Assembly (NCBI GenBank): GCA_965261395.1
Contig: OZ253462.1
Span: 3,520,001 to 3,584,000 of the forward strand
DNA from: Candidatus Latescibacterota bacterium
Lineage (GTDB): Bacteria; Latescibacterota; UBA2968; UBA8231
Direction of reading: 5' to 3'
Length of the DNA: 64,000 nt
Position 1 is the first letter of the stretch. Each line of letters starts with the position of its first letter. Of this stretch, positions 48,055 to 57,728 are shown piece by piece. A model generated the notes under the pieces. The model ran no database searches. It saw nothing but the letters and a program-made list of their open reading frames with translations, and was not told where the DNA came from. A program made the translations under genes and the position numbers.

Positions 48055-48631
48055 CGACGATGCAGCGGAAGGTGAGGTTGAGGCGCAGAGCGCACGGGCG
48101 TCGGGTCTTGGGGACTTGGTGCTGCCAGTAGGTTTGGGTCGGGCCGCGCATGATGAGCAGGGCACCGTGTCCGAGGGGGATTTCAACCGGAGGGTGGTCG
48201 CGGCGCTTGTGTCGCAGGAGGAAGCGCCGCGTCTCGCCCAAACTTAGCGAGGCGATCGTCGGGTTGGCTCCCAACTCTGGCTCGTCGTCGCTGTGCCAGC
48301 CCATGCTGTCGCGGCCGTTGCGGTACTGATTGAGCAGGACGCTGTTGAGGGAACAGTCGGCGGCGGCTTCGATCCGCGTCTTGAGGTCTAGCAGCGGCGC
48401 GGTCCATGGGCGCGGCTCCAGCGCCAGCCCCGAATAGGCGTAGTGGGCCTCCGCGGACCCATGCCACGCCGAGAGACGCGGCGCGGGAAGCTGGCGGCCA
48501 AAGATGACGACGTGGTGCTGTTGCCACTCAATATCAGCCAACAGTTGCCGCATGAATTGGTCGGCCTCGGCAGGGGCCAAAAAGTCGGGGGCGTAGCGCA
48601 GGTCGCCGTCCGGGAGGGGAATGGCCCTCAT
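48023..48631 (-). CDS. alkB: AlkB-family (ALKBH2/3-like) 2OG-Fe(II) dioxygenase
   Basis: PRLSAW, LLNQYRNGRDSMGWHSDDE, IASLSLG, WQHQVPK, RLNLTFR; ATG 48631 overlaps the upstream TGA (ATGA). Confidence 0.9.
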   Translation of the reverse strand: MRAIPLPDGDLRYAPDFLAPAEADQFMRQLLADIEWQQHHVVIFGRQLPAPRLSAWHGSAEAHYAYSGLALEPRPWTAPLLDLKTRIEAAADCSLNSVLLNQYRNGRDSMGWHSDDEPELGANPTIASLSLGETRRFLLRHKRRDHPPVEIPLGHGALLIMRGPTQTYWQHQVPKTRRPCALRLNLTFRCIVATGRPPTDAP

Positions 48632-49527
48632 TCCACTGCAAAGCCGAGGTCGTCTAGCGCTTGGCACAGCGCGGCGCGGGTTGCATCGTCGAATGGGATG
48701 CGGGGTGGGCGGGCAGGGCCTACGGGCAGGCCGCGCATGGTCAACATCTCCTTGACGGCCGCTAGCAGGTCAAAGTGGAACAAGGTGGAGATGACCTCGT
48801 TAGCGCGTGCTTGCAGGGCCATAGCCGGCTGGATGTCGCTGGCTTCAAAGTGTTGCCGCATTTCCACAAACAGCTTGGGCATGATATTGTAGGTCGAGCC
48901 AATGGCTGCGTCGCTGCCGGCGACCATGCCGCCGAGGCAGATTTCGTCAGGGCCGGAGATTAGGTTGAGGCGGTCGCCGCCTAGCTGCACGAGGCGCTGG
49001 AAGAAGTAGAAATTGCTGTCGGTGAATTTGAGGCCGCTGAAGTTGGGCACGGCTTGCATGGCGTCGAGGAACTGTTCGGCCGTAACGTCCTTGGCGGCCG
49101 TTTGGGACAGCCAATACACGTAGAAAGGTAGATCGGTGGCCGCGCCAATAGCTGCGTAGTGGGCAACCGCGGCTTGGAGGTCGTTGGGCTGATCCACCGG
49201 CGCGACCGAAGCCACTGCGTCCGCGCCAGCGTCCGCGGCGTGCCGGGCCAATTCCACTGCATTAGCCGTGCTCGTCGCGCCGACTTGGAAAATCAGCGGT
49301 ACGGCACCAGCGACCGCGGCGATCGTCGCTTCGGCCATGGCCTTGCGCTCGGGTACGCTCATGGCGCTTCCCTCGCCTGTGCCGCCGCAGACGAAGAAGC
49401 CGTGAGAGCCAGCGTCGATCAGGTGCTTGACGAGTGGCTCGACGCGCGCGGGAGCCAAGGCGCTGCCGTCGTCGGTGAACGGGGTGACGAGCGCGGGCCA
49501 GATCCCGCGTGCTAGTTTATCGGCCAT
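48628..49527 (-). CDS. DHDPS/N-acetylneuraminate lyase family aldolase (NanA-like)
   Basis: ALVTPF, GGTGE, YVY, catalytic GLKFT, GPDE, IGSTYN. Confidence 0.85.
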   Translation of the reverse strand: MADKLARGIWPALVTPFTDDGSALAPARVEPLVKHLIDAGSHGFFVCGGTGEGSAMSVPERKAMAEATIAAVAGAVPLIFQVGATSTANAVELARHAADAGADAVASVAPVDQPNDLQAAVAHYAAIGAATDLPFYVYWLSQTAAKDVTAEQFLDAMQAVPNFSGLKFTDSNFYFFQRLVQLGGDRLNLISGPDEICLGGMVAGSDAAIGSTYNIMPKLFVEMRQHFEASDIQPAMALQARANEVISTLFHFDLLAAVKEMLTMRGLPVGPARPPRIPFDDATRAALCQALDDLGFAVE

Positions 49528-49560
49528 AGTGTTTAATCCTCTGAATGAAAATGGGTGGCG

Positions 49561-50691
49561 CTAAACCACTTGGCCGCCGCGAATGGTAGCCACCGGCTCC
49601 CAACAGCCGCCGGGCCGCTCCTCACCCTTGACATCGCGCAGGGGCAGAGCCGATTCGTTCCAGCGCAGCACCGCCAAGTCGGCGCAGGCACCTGGGGCCA
49701 AGGTGCCGACTTCGCCCTTGAGGCCTAACACCTCGGCGGGGCGGGCGGTGGCGCGGGCGAATACATCCGCTTCGGTCATGCCGGCGGCGATGAGTTTGGA
49801 CATCGTGCGGGGCAGATCGTGTTGGGGGCGGCTGTCAACATGGCGGTTGTATTGGTCGGTCGAAACCGTATCGACGAGAAACCCTTGGGCAATAGTGGCC
49901 TCGGCAATGGGAAAGCTGAAGGAGTTCATGCCGTGGCCCAAGTCGAAGAGGACGCCGCGCTGGCGGGCTTGCCATACGTCGTCGGCAATGCGGTCGTCGT
50001 CCATCAGGTTTTCGGGCAGGGCATTGAGTGAGTAAGTCACCACATCGCCGGGGCGCAACAGGGGGAATTGTTCGCGGCGGGGCCAGTCGGGTTTGAGGCG
50101 GGTGCCTACCAGCAGCGGTTTGCCGCTCAATTCCGCCGCCTCCAGCCCAGCGGCCATAATGGGGCGCGGGTCGAGGTCGTCGGCGCAGGCCCCACCGGTG
50201 ACGGTGACGGCAATGCCCCAAATGCTGCGGTCGTCCGCGGCAATGGCGTCGGCGCAGGCTTGGGCATCGGCGTCGGCTAGGTCGTTGAAGCAGCGCACGG
50301 GGTGCGTCTCACCGTGTTTGCACAGGTTGATGGCTAGGAGCACACGGGTGCGCGAGGCTTCGATCACGGTGCGGCGGTAGTCGTCTATGTTCAAAGCCCC
50401 GGCATCGCCTTGGGACATGACGGTGGTGACGCCGCGTGGCAAAAAGTGAAGGTCCGGGTCGATGCCAAAGCGCGATTGGCCGCGAGCCGGATGGGCGTGC
50501 AGATCGACTAGGCCGGGAAGGAGGAGGGCGTCGGGGAAGTCGAGCACGGTGTGGGCCGATCCCTCGACGCCGGCGCCGGAGGCGACAATGCGGTCGCCGC
50601 GGATGGCCACTGCGCCAGGGCCGTCTAGGCCGCTATCTGCGCAGAAGAGGCGCGGGGCGCGCACCAACAGGTCGTAGGTTTGTTTGGGCAC
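49561..50691 (-). CDS. Amidohydrolase/deacetylase family (dihydroorotase-like) protein
   Basis: PGLVDLHAH, GVTT...GDAG, FDLGHG..SFSF, VSTD, PGACADLAV; GTG start at 50691, 4 nt after the A3 stop. Confidence 0.82.
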   Translation of the reverse strand: MPKQTYDLLVRAPRLFCADSGLDGPGAVAIRGDRIVASGAGVEGSAHTVLDFPDALLLPGLVDLHAHPARGQSRFGIDPDLHFLPRGVTTVMSQGDAGALNIDDYRRTVIEASRTRVLLAINLCKHGETHPVRCFNDLADADAQACADAIAADDRSIWGIAVTVTGGACADDLDPRPIMAAGLEAAELSGKPLLVGTRLKPDWPRREQFPLLRPGDVVTYSLNALPENLMDDDRIADDVWQARQRGVLFDLGHGMNSFSFPIAEATIAQGFLVDTVSTDQYNRHVDSRPQHDLPRTMSKLIAAGMTEADVFARATARPAEVLGLKGEVGTLAPGACADLAVLRWNESALPLRDVKGEERPGGCWEPVATIRGGQVV

Positions 50692-50695
50692 AGTG

Positions 50696-53047
50696 TTAGT
50701 AGGCCACGGCGATGGTGCGAAACGCGGTGTCGTCGCCGGCATCGGCACCCAGATTGACGCGCAGGACGTACAGGCCGGGGGCGGCACCCGCTCCATCGGC
50801 GTCGCGGCCATCCCAGGTGAAGAGGCGTTGCGACCCCTCGCTGCCTGGGGTAAGAGCCGCTACTTGGCGTCCGGCCAGATCGAAGATTTTCACCTGCGGC
50901 TCGCGGCCCTCGACTTTGAAGGCGACGAATCGCACCTCTAGCCGGTCGTTGATACCGTCGCCGTTGGGAGTTACGGTCGCAGAGGCCAGTTGCAGATCGC
51001 TGATGAGCTGGCTGTTGCTGGTCAGCTCGGGGAGCATGACGATGTTGGAGCGGCGCTGGGCCGCCTCGACCGCCTGCCACAGGCCCGGTGATTCGCTCGA
51101 TCCTAGGTCGAGGGCGAAGACGGTGGCGTTTTGCAGCAGGCGGGTAGTGAAGCTCACTTGCAACGAGTCGCCCGCGATCACCTGCGGCAGAGCGATGAGC
51201 AGCGAGTCGGCCTGCACGTCCAAGGCGGCCGGAACGACCTGTTCCGCGCCTACCATCACCGAGACGCTCGATAGGTCAACAGGTTCGGGGACGGTGAAAC
51301 GCATTAGGTCGAAACCGCTGTCGAAGCCATCGGTCTCGGGCCAGAGGGTATAGGTGAAGTTCGTGTCTTGGTTGGGAGTGGCCTCGCGGGGGGTGACGCT
51401 GCCGCGCGCGCCTTGAACTAGGGCTTCTTCAAACTCGACGGACACCGAATTGACGGTCGGGGTGACGGTGGGGTCCTCGGTGGAGAGGATCATCTCCAGC
51501 AAGATGAAGCGGCGCGGGCTGGCCGATTTGAAGGTCTCGCCCGAAAACTGGTAGGTATTGCTAAATGCGTTCCAGTCCTCGCCTGTGACCAAGGTCGAGT
51601 CAACAGGCCCTCTGATCACCTTGGGCAAGCTGTTCCACTTCTCCTCGGTGACCAGATCGCCCTTCTTGTCGTAAAAGGTGTACTCCGGGCTGAGCGCATT
51701 GCCCGAGCGAGAGCGCAATTGCAATCGGGTGCCCGGCGGCAGGTCGGCGTCCCAGTGCAGGGCCTTGATGACTTTGGGCCGCCCATCGCCGGCTACCTCG
51801 CCGAGGTTGATAAAGGCCGACTGCAACTCGACTTGGGCCGGATAACCCGGCGAGAATAGTTGTATCTCACCCCACTTGACGACGCCCCATCCCCTGCAGC
51901 TAACTCCGTGCCACAACAGGTAGCGGGCCTTGTGTGGCTCAAACAGGTAGCGCATGTAAAACAGGTTGTCGGCGTTGGGGGCCAGATGGGTGAAGACCTC
52001 TTCGTAATCGACGTTTTCGGGCACTTCGACGAGTGGGGCGGTGCCCGTGGCCGGGGTGCCGTCGGAAAAGAGGAGGGTGTGGCCCGGCCCAGCGCCAGAG
52101 ATGGTGAAACCCAAGGTGCCTTCGTCGGGCTGCATGGAATAGAGGAACATCTCGTCGATAAAGAATGTCGCGCCTAGATCCGCGCGGAACCACGTGCCGC
52201 CTTCGGCCCATCCCGACAGATCACCACGGCAGCCGGTGACGGTATTGTTGGTGTTGAGGTTGGCATCGAAGAGGTTGGGGGTGGAGCCGGTGCCATCGCC
52301 TTCGACGAAATTGCCGCGTAGGCTGGTGCCTATGGCAATGTTGTCGCCGATGCCGATGACCTCGATCTCGGCGAGGGCAGCGTTGGCGTTCTGCTCTTCG
52401 GAGATGATTTGGATGTACTGGATTAACTGGTAGTGGTTGCGTTCTGCGGGCGTTAAATCCAAATCGGGGTCAAACACTAGCGCGCTGTCGCGACCAGCGT
52501 AGCGCAACGGGATGACAATTTCTGATTCGGCGTTGGGGCGCGTGGTGCGGAAGGCCTGGCGGTAGAGGAAGAGGTCTTCGGTGGCCGAGATGCGCACGCC
52601 AGAGGTGGTGAAGACGCGGAATTGGCGGAACGGGCGCGCTCCCTCTTGGTCGGGGAATGTCAGGCGAATCTCGCGGGCTAGGGCCGCACGGCCTAGGTCG
52701 ATGGTGATAAACCAGTCCTCGCGGGCGTCGTCGGGGCTAGGTTGCCAATAGGTCGTTGGATCGCCGTCGATGGCCAGCGGGGCGTCGGCCGGGTTGGAGC
52801 CAGCTTGCCAGAGGCCGCCGGCAACGGCATCGCCTCTAGTGCGGGTCTTGTGGGTGAAGCGATGCGCGTCCTCGATGAGGTTGATGTCCTTGCGGAATTT
52901 GACGAGCGAGAGCTGGCCTTGTTCGCCGACCTGGACCAAGCCGAAGGGCTGTTGCCATTGGGCCCATTTCTCGGCGCTGTCGAAGGAGAGCATTTCAGCC
53001 GCTAGTGGGGCGGCTAGCACGAGGCAGACGATGATTACGCGTTGCAT
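50696..53047 (-). CDS. Type-A cassette protein A3 (secreted; discoidin-like domains + FlgD-Ig/CHU_C-like CTD)
   Basis: Start ATG 53047 behind GGAGG; signal peptide; IDGDPTTYW...IDLG; TPNGDGIND...WDGRD...IAVAY. Confidence 0.85.
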   Translation of the reverse strand: MQRVIIVCLVLAAPLAAEMLSFDSAEKWAQWQQPFGLVQVGEQGQLSLVKFRKDINLIEDAHRFTHKTRTRGDAVAGGLWQAGSNPADAPLAIDGDPTTYWQPSPDDAREDWFITIDLGRAALAREIRLTFPDQEGARPFRQFRVFTTSGVRISATEDLFLYRQAFRTTRPNAESEIVIPLRYAGRDSALVFDPDLDLTPAERNHYQLIQYIQIISEEQNANAALAEIEVIGIGDNIAIGTSLRGNFVEGDGTGSTPNLFDANLNTNNTVTGCRGDLSGWAEGGTWFRADLGATFFIDEMFLYSMQPDEGTLGFTISGAGPGHTLLFSDGTPATGTAPLVEVPENVDYEEVFTHLAPNADNLFYMRYLFEPHKARYLLWHGVSCRGWGVVKWGEIQLFSPGYPAQVELQSAFINLGEVAGDGRPKVIKALHWDADLPPGTRLQLRSRSGNALSPEYTFYDKKGDLVTEEKWNSLPKVIRGPVDSTLVTGEDWNAFSNTYQFSGETFKSASPRRFILLEMILSTEDPTVTPTVNSVSVEFEEALVQGARGSVTPREATPNQDTNFTYTLWPETDGFDSGFDLMRFTVPEPVDLSSVSVMVGAEQVVPAALDVQADSLLIALPQVIAGDSLQVSFTTRLLQNATVFALDLGSSESPGLWQAVEAAQRRSNIVMLPELTSNSQLISDLQLASATVTPNGDGINDRLEVRFVAFKVEGREPQVKIFDLAGRQVAALTPGSEGSQRLFTWDGRDADGAGAAPGLYVLRVNLGADAGDDTAFRTIAVAY

Positions 53048-53057
53048 CGAATCCTCC

Positions 53058-55091
53058 TTAGTAGGCGATACCCAAAGGGCGGTATTGAGGATCGGCAGCA
53101 AATTCCGAGCGCAGATTTAAGGCCGTCAGGTAGAGGCCGGGCGGTAGCCTCTGACCTGTTTCATCGCGGCCGTCCCAGCGCAGGCTCTGCGGGCCCGCGC
53201 TCTGCAAGCCGGCCTCGACGAGGGCCACGCGCCGCCCGTCGAGGCTATAGACCTCGAGGACGACGGGAACGGCTTCGGGCAGGCGGAACAGCGAATAGGC
53301 GATGTGCAGTTCGTCGTTGATGCCGTCGCCGTTGGGCGTAAAGACCGCAGAGGAAAAGGTCAGGTTCTGGATGAAGGCGGTTGTTTGCCCCGTGGTGCCG
53401 AGGACGCGCAGGCTGTTGGTCGAGAGGGCTGCGCCGACATCAGCACCGACTACAGGTTGCGGTAGAACGTCGCGTTCGCTGTCTAGGACCTCGCTCTGGA
53501 AGGTGGTTGCGAATTCAAATATCTCCGTGCCAAAGACAATGCGGATCGGCGGATTGTTGGCGCGGGTGATGCGCTCGGGCAGGTGGATGAGTAGGCCCTC
53601 GGGCTCTTGGGTGATCTCGGCAGGCGCAGTTTCCGTGCGGCTCTCGCCTAGTTGCAGGCTTTTGAGTTCGGTTTGGTGCCCCGTGCGAATGCGCAACAGG
53701 TCGAAGCCGGGTGCGTCAACCGTCTCGAAATCGGCTCGGAGATCATAGACGAATTCTATCGCTTCGCCGAGGGGGACTTGGGTGATCCCGCTGGCGGGCT
53801 GTGGATCGTCTAGGGGAGCCACTTCGCCGCGCACGTTGGCGGCCAACAGCGGGGCGGTTTCGAGCCACAGCGAGTCGAGGCGCACGAAATCGTCGAAGGA
53901 ATCGCTTTCCATGGTGATGAGGAACTGCAAATGGGTGCCGTTGCGCAGGTTGATCGGTTGACCCGATTCGACGAAGGGTGCGGACCAGAAAGTCCAGTTA
54001 TCTGAATCGTAGCCGATGGACGCGCGGATGCCGGGTTTGGGCTGGCGTTCGCTCAGGTCGGATGAGGAGCCGATGCGCACGAAGCGGGTGCGCAGTGCGT
54101 TTTCGTAGTGGTCGCGCGAGACTACGCGCTCCAGCCCGGTATCCATGTACTCGTGATAGACGGCCGGGTCGTCGTCTAGGCCAGTGCGCACCTCGACCTT
54201 GATCTGGGCCGCTGCATCGGGGGTTTCCACTGGGGTCCCATTGACCATGCGGAACTTTGTCGCCTGCCAGAACAGCCGTCCGAAATTCACGGGTTCGCCG
54301 AGGTCGGTTATCTTGGTCTTGTAGATGCTCCGCTGCGGTACTCCTTGGGCAAAGAGTTGGAACTCGCTGATTGAGCCGATGAGGGAGAAGGTGATTTTGC
54401 TGATCTTGGCTTGGGCGTCCTCGTCTAGTATCGAGAGCGTCCGGCGGTAGCGAAAGAAGCGCAGATACTGGCGGTTGAAGTCGAAGCGGATCTGCGGGGT
54501 AAAATTGTTGTCAACATCGGCGATGACGGTGGAGAGTGGGTTGGCATTGCCTTTGAGGACTGGAGGTTCGGGCGCGACTGAGGCGGTCACCTGAAAGGCG
54601 GGGACGAAGTCCGTTTCCAGGGGGGTCCCATCGGAACGAAAGCCCTCACTGGGAGGAATAAAGCCAAAGGTCACCGCTGGCACCGCCACGGCTAAATCCA
54701 TGGTGAAGGTTTCTTTTTCGACGAGGTCGGCCATTGGGGGATTATAGGTGAGAGGGTCGCCGTCAATGAGCCAGGAGCCGTTTTCTGATGGATCGGGCAC
54801 GCCGTTGTTCCACTTCCACATGCGCGGCGTCTCGCCGTCTAGGTAGTCGAAGATGCGGTCGCTGGGATCGCGCCAGAAGGCCCAGTTGTCGATATGGGAA
54901 AAAACCGTCTCGTCCGGCGTGAAGTACGTGGGCTGGATGGCACCGGGGGTGGTTGCGAAATCGACGAAGAGGCGGGTGGTGTCGTTTTCGCTCCAGGCTA
55001 GGCCATTGCCGCCTAGCTGCCAGTGGGCGATCTGGGCGGTGGCGCTTTGCGCTAAAATTAGGATGAACAAGACGATAGTGGCACGGCGCAT
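53058..55091 (-). CDS. Type-B cassette protein B2 (secreted; FlgD-Ig/CHU_C-like CTD)
   Basis: Signal peptide ending ATA; WQLGG; DLGEPVNFGRLFW; FTPNGDGIND; ends LGIAY. Confidence 0.88.
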   Translation of the reverse strand: MRRATIVLFILILAQSATAQIAHWQLGGNGLAWSENDTTRLFVDFATTPGAIQPTYFTPDETVFSHIDNWAFWRDPSDRIFDYLDGETPRMWKWNNGVPDPSENGSWLIDGDPLTYNPPMADLVEKETFTMDLAVAVPAVTFGFIPPSEGFRSDGTPLETDFVPAFQVTASVAPEPPVLKGNANPLSTVIADVDNNFTPQIRFDFNRQYLRFFRYRRTLSILDEDAQAKISKITFSLIGSISEFQLFAQGVPQRSIYKTKITDLGEPVNFGRLFWQATKFRMVNGTPVETPDAAAQIKVEVRTGLDDDPAVYHEYMDTGLERVVSRDHYENALRTRFVRIGSSSDLSERQPKPGIRASIGYDSDNWTFWSAPFVESGQPINLRNGTHLQFLITMESDSFDDFVRLDSLWLETAPLLAANVRGEVAPLDDPQPASGITQVPLGEAIEFVYDLRADFETVDAPGFDLLRIRTGHQTELKSLQLGESRTETAPAEITQEPEGLLIHLPERITRANNPPIRIVFGTEIFEFATTFQSEVLDSERDVLPQPVVGADVGAALSTNSLRVLGTTGQTTAFIQNLTFSSAVFTPNGDGINDELHIAYSLFRLPEAVPVVLEVYSLDGRRVALVEAGLQSAGPQSLRWDGRDETGQRLPPGLYLTALNLRSEFAADPQYRPLGIAY

Positions 55092-55176
55092 GAAGACCCT
55101 CCTTTGGCAAAGCGAAAATTAGAGACATGTGCCAACAATATAATGCGTGGTAAACAATTATCCTATCTGAGGAAGA
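55092..55176 (-). promoter_or_regulatory. AT-rich putative promoter region of cassette B2-A3 (duplicate of 57644-57728)
   Basis: AT-rich spacer upstream of a B gene, ending in an AAAGGAGG RBS; no clear -35/-10 pair identified. Confidence 0.4.
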
Positions 55177-55599
55177 TCAGTACGCCACGGCGATGGTGCG
55201 CAGTACTGTATCATCGCCAGCGTCAGCCCCTAGGTCGATGCGGCAGAGGTAGGTGCCGGGTGGCATGAGGTCGCCTTGGGCAGCGCTTCCGTTCCAGGTG
55301 AAAACGTGAGCCAAGCCGTCGATGGCCAGCGGGGCGTCGGCCTCGTTGGAGCCAGCTTGCCAGAGACCTCCGGCGACGGCATCGCCCTTGGTGCGGGTCT
55401 CGTGGACGAAGAAGTGTGCGTCTTCGACGAGGTTGATATCCTTGCGGAATTTGACGAGCGAGAGTTGGCCCTGTTCGCCGACCTAGACCAAGCCGAAGGG
55501 CTGTTGCCATTGGGCCCATTCCTCGCCGCTGTCAAAGGAGAGCATGTCAGCAGCGAGTGGGACGGCTAGCACGAGGCAGACGATGATTACGCGTTGCAT
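55177..55599 (-). pseudogene. Chimeric type-A pseudogene (A3-like N-terminus fused in frame to A1-like C-terminus; internal TAG)
   Basis: MQRVIIVCL...PFGLV*VGEQ...DAPLAIDG|LAHVFTWNGSAAQGDLMPPGTYLCRIDLGADAGDDTVLRTIAVAY; TAG at 55483-55485 where A3 has CAG. Confidence 0.9.
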
Positions 55600-55609
55600 C
55601 GAATCCTCC

Positions 55610-57643
55610 TTAGTAGGCGATACCCAAAGGGCGGTATTGAGGATCGGCAGCAAATTCCGAGCGCAGATTTAAGGCCGTCAGGTAGAGGCCGGGCGGTAGC
55701 CACTGACCTGTTTCATCGCGGCCGTCCCAGCGCAGGCTCTGCGGGCCTGCGCTCTGCAAGCCGGCCTCGACGAGGGCCACGCGCCGACCATCGAGGCTAT
55801 AGACCTCGAGGACGACGGGAACGGCTTCGGGCAGGCGGAACAGCGAATAGGCGATGTGCAGTTCGTCGTTGATGCCGTCGCCGTTGGGCGTAAAGACCGC
55901 AGAGGAAAAGGTCAGGTTCTGGATGAAGGCGGTTGTTTGCCCCGTGGTGCCAAGGACGCGCAGGCTGTTGGTCGAGAGGGCTGCGCCGACATCAGCACCG
56001 ACTACAGGTTGCGGTAGAACGTCGCGTTCGCTGTCTAGGACCTCGCTCTGGAAGGTGGTTGCGAATTCAAATATCTCCGTGCCAAAGACAATGCGGATCG
56101 GCGGATTGTTGGCGCGGGTGATGCGCTCGGGCAGGTGGATGAGTAGGCCCTCGGGCTCTTGGGTGATCTCGGCAGGCGCAGTTTCCGTGCGGCTCTCGCC
56201 TAGTTGCAGGCTTTTGAGTTCGGTTTGGTGCCCCGTGCGAATGCGCAACAGGTCGAAGCCGGGTGCGTCAACCGTCTCGAAATCGGCTTGGAGATCATAG
56301 ACGAATTCTATCGCTTCGCCGAGGGGGACTTGGGTGATCCCGCTGGCGGGCTGCGGATCGTCTAGGGGAGCCACTTCGCCGCGCACGTTGGCGGCCAACA
56401 GCGGGGCGGTTTCGAGCCACAGCGAATCGAGGCGCACGAAGTCGTCGAAGGAGTCGCTTTCCATGGTGATGAGGAACTGCAAATAGGTGCCGTTGCGCAG
56501 GCTGATAGGTTGGCCTGATTCGACGAAGGGTGCGGACCAGAAGGTCCAGTTGTCTGAATCGTAGCCGATGGACGCGCGGACGCCCGGCTTGGGCTGGCGT
56601 TCGCTCAGGTCGGATGCGGCGGTGATACGCACGAAGCGAGTGCGCAGGGCGTTTTCATAGTGGTCGCGCGAAACTACGCGCTCTAGGCCGGTGTCCATGT
56701 ACTCGTGATAGACGGCCGGGTCGTCGTCTAGGCCGGTGCGCACCTCGATCTTAACTTGGGCCGCCGCGTCGGGAGTTTCCACTGGAGTCCCATTGACCAT
56801 GCGGAATTTTGTCGCCTGCCAGAACAGCCGTCCGAAATTTACGGGTTCGCCGAGGTCGGTTATCTTGGTCTTGTAAATGGCCTGCTGAGGCACACCTTGG
56901 GAGAAGAGCTGAAACTCGCTGATCGAGCCGATGAGAGCAAAGGCGACGTTGCCGCTCTTGGCTTGGGCGTCCTCATCCAGTAGCGAGAGCGTCCGGCGGT
57001 AGCGGAAGAAGCGCAGGTACTGGCGGTTGAAGTCGATGCGGACCTGCGGGGTAAAATTGTTGTCAACATCGGCGATGACGGTGGAGAGTGGATTGACATT
57101 GCCTTCAAGCACCGGGGGTTCGGGTGCGACCGAGGCGGTCACCTGAAAGGCGGGAACGAAGTCCGTTTCCAGTGGGGTGCCGTCGGAACGAAAGCCCTCG
57201 CTGGGCGGAATAAAGCCAAAGGCCACCGCTGGCACCGACACGGCCAAATCCATGGTGAAGGTTTCCTTTTCAATGCGGTCGGCTTTGGGTGGGTTGTAGG
57301 TGGTAGGGTCGCCATCGATGAGCCAGGAGCCGTTTTCCGAAGGGTCGGGTATGCCGTGGTTCCACTTCCACATGCGCGGGGTCTCGCCGTCGAGGTAGTC
57401 GAAAATCCGGTCGCTGGGGTCGCGCCAGAAGGCCCAGTTGTCGATATGGGAAAAAACCGTCTCGTCCGGCGTGAAGTACGTAGGCTGGATGGCACCGGGG
57501 GTGGTTGCGAAATCGACGAAGAGGCGGGTGGTGTCGTTTTCGCTCCAGGCTAGGCCACTGCCGCCTAGCTGCCAGTGGGCGATCTGGGCGGTGGCGCTTT
57601 GCGCTAAACTTAGGATGAACAAGACGATAGTGGCGCGGCGCAT
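55610..57643 (-). CDS. Type-B cassette protein B1 (close paralog of B2)
   Basis: Same length (677 aa) and collinear with B2. Confidence 0.88.
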   Translation of the reverse strand: MRRATIVLFILSLAQSATAQIAHWQLGGSGLAWSENDTTRLFVDFATTPGAIQPTYFTPDETVFSHIDNWAFWRDPSDRIFDYLDGETPRMWKWNHGIPDPSENGSWLIDGDPTTYNPPKADRIEKETFTMDLAVSVPAVAFGFIPPSEGFRSDGTPLETDFVPAFQVTASVAPEPPVLEGNVNPLSTVIADVDNNFTPQVRIDFNRQYLRFFRYRRTLSLLDEDAQAKSGNVAFALIGSISEFQLFSQGVPQQAIYKTKITDLGEPVNFGRLFWQATKFRMVNGTPVETPDAAAQVKIEVRTGLDDDPAVYHEYMDTGLERVVSRDHYENALRTRFVRITAASDLSERQPKPGVRASIGYDSDNWTFWSAPFVESGQPISLRNGTYLQFLITMESDSFDDFVRLDSLWLETAPLLAANVRGEVAPLDDPQPASGITQVPLGEAIEFVYDLQADFETVDAPGFDLLRIRTGHQTELKSLQLGESRTETAPAEITQEPEGLLIHLPERITRANNPPIRIVFGTEIFEFATTFQSEVLDSERDVLPQPVVGADVGAALSTNSLRVLGTTGQTTAFIQNLTFSSAVFTPNGDGINDELHIAYSLFRLPEAVPVVLEVYSLDGRRVALVEAGLQSAGPQSLRWDGRDETGQWLPPGLYLTALNLRSEFAADPQYRPLGIAY

Positions 57644-57728
57644 GAAGGCTTTCCTTTGGCAAAGCGAAAATTAGAGACATGTGCCAATAATATAATATTT
57701 GATAGACAATTATCCTATCTGCGGAAAA
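57644..57728 (-). promoter_or_regulatory. AT-rich putative promoter region upstream of B1
   Basis: Homologous to 55092-55176, with differences concentrated in the central AT tract. Confidence 0.4.

Noticed and set aside
55483-55485. Amber readthrough (pyrrolysine or recoding) in the chimera
   Set aside because: TAG ends many genes here (e.g. 6399, 9503, 26368, 32000, 62180); a single C>T change from CAG explains it.
57675-57690. Sigma54 promoter (TGGCAC on minus strand) upstream of B1/B2
   Set aside because: The -12 TTGC is not at the required spacing.
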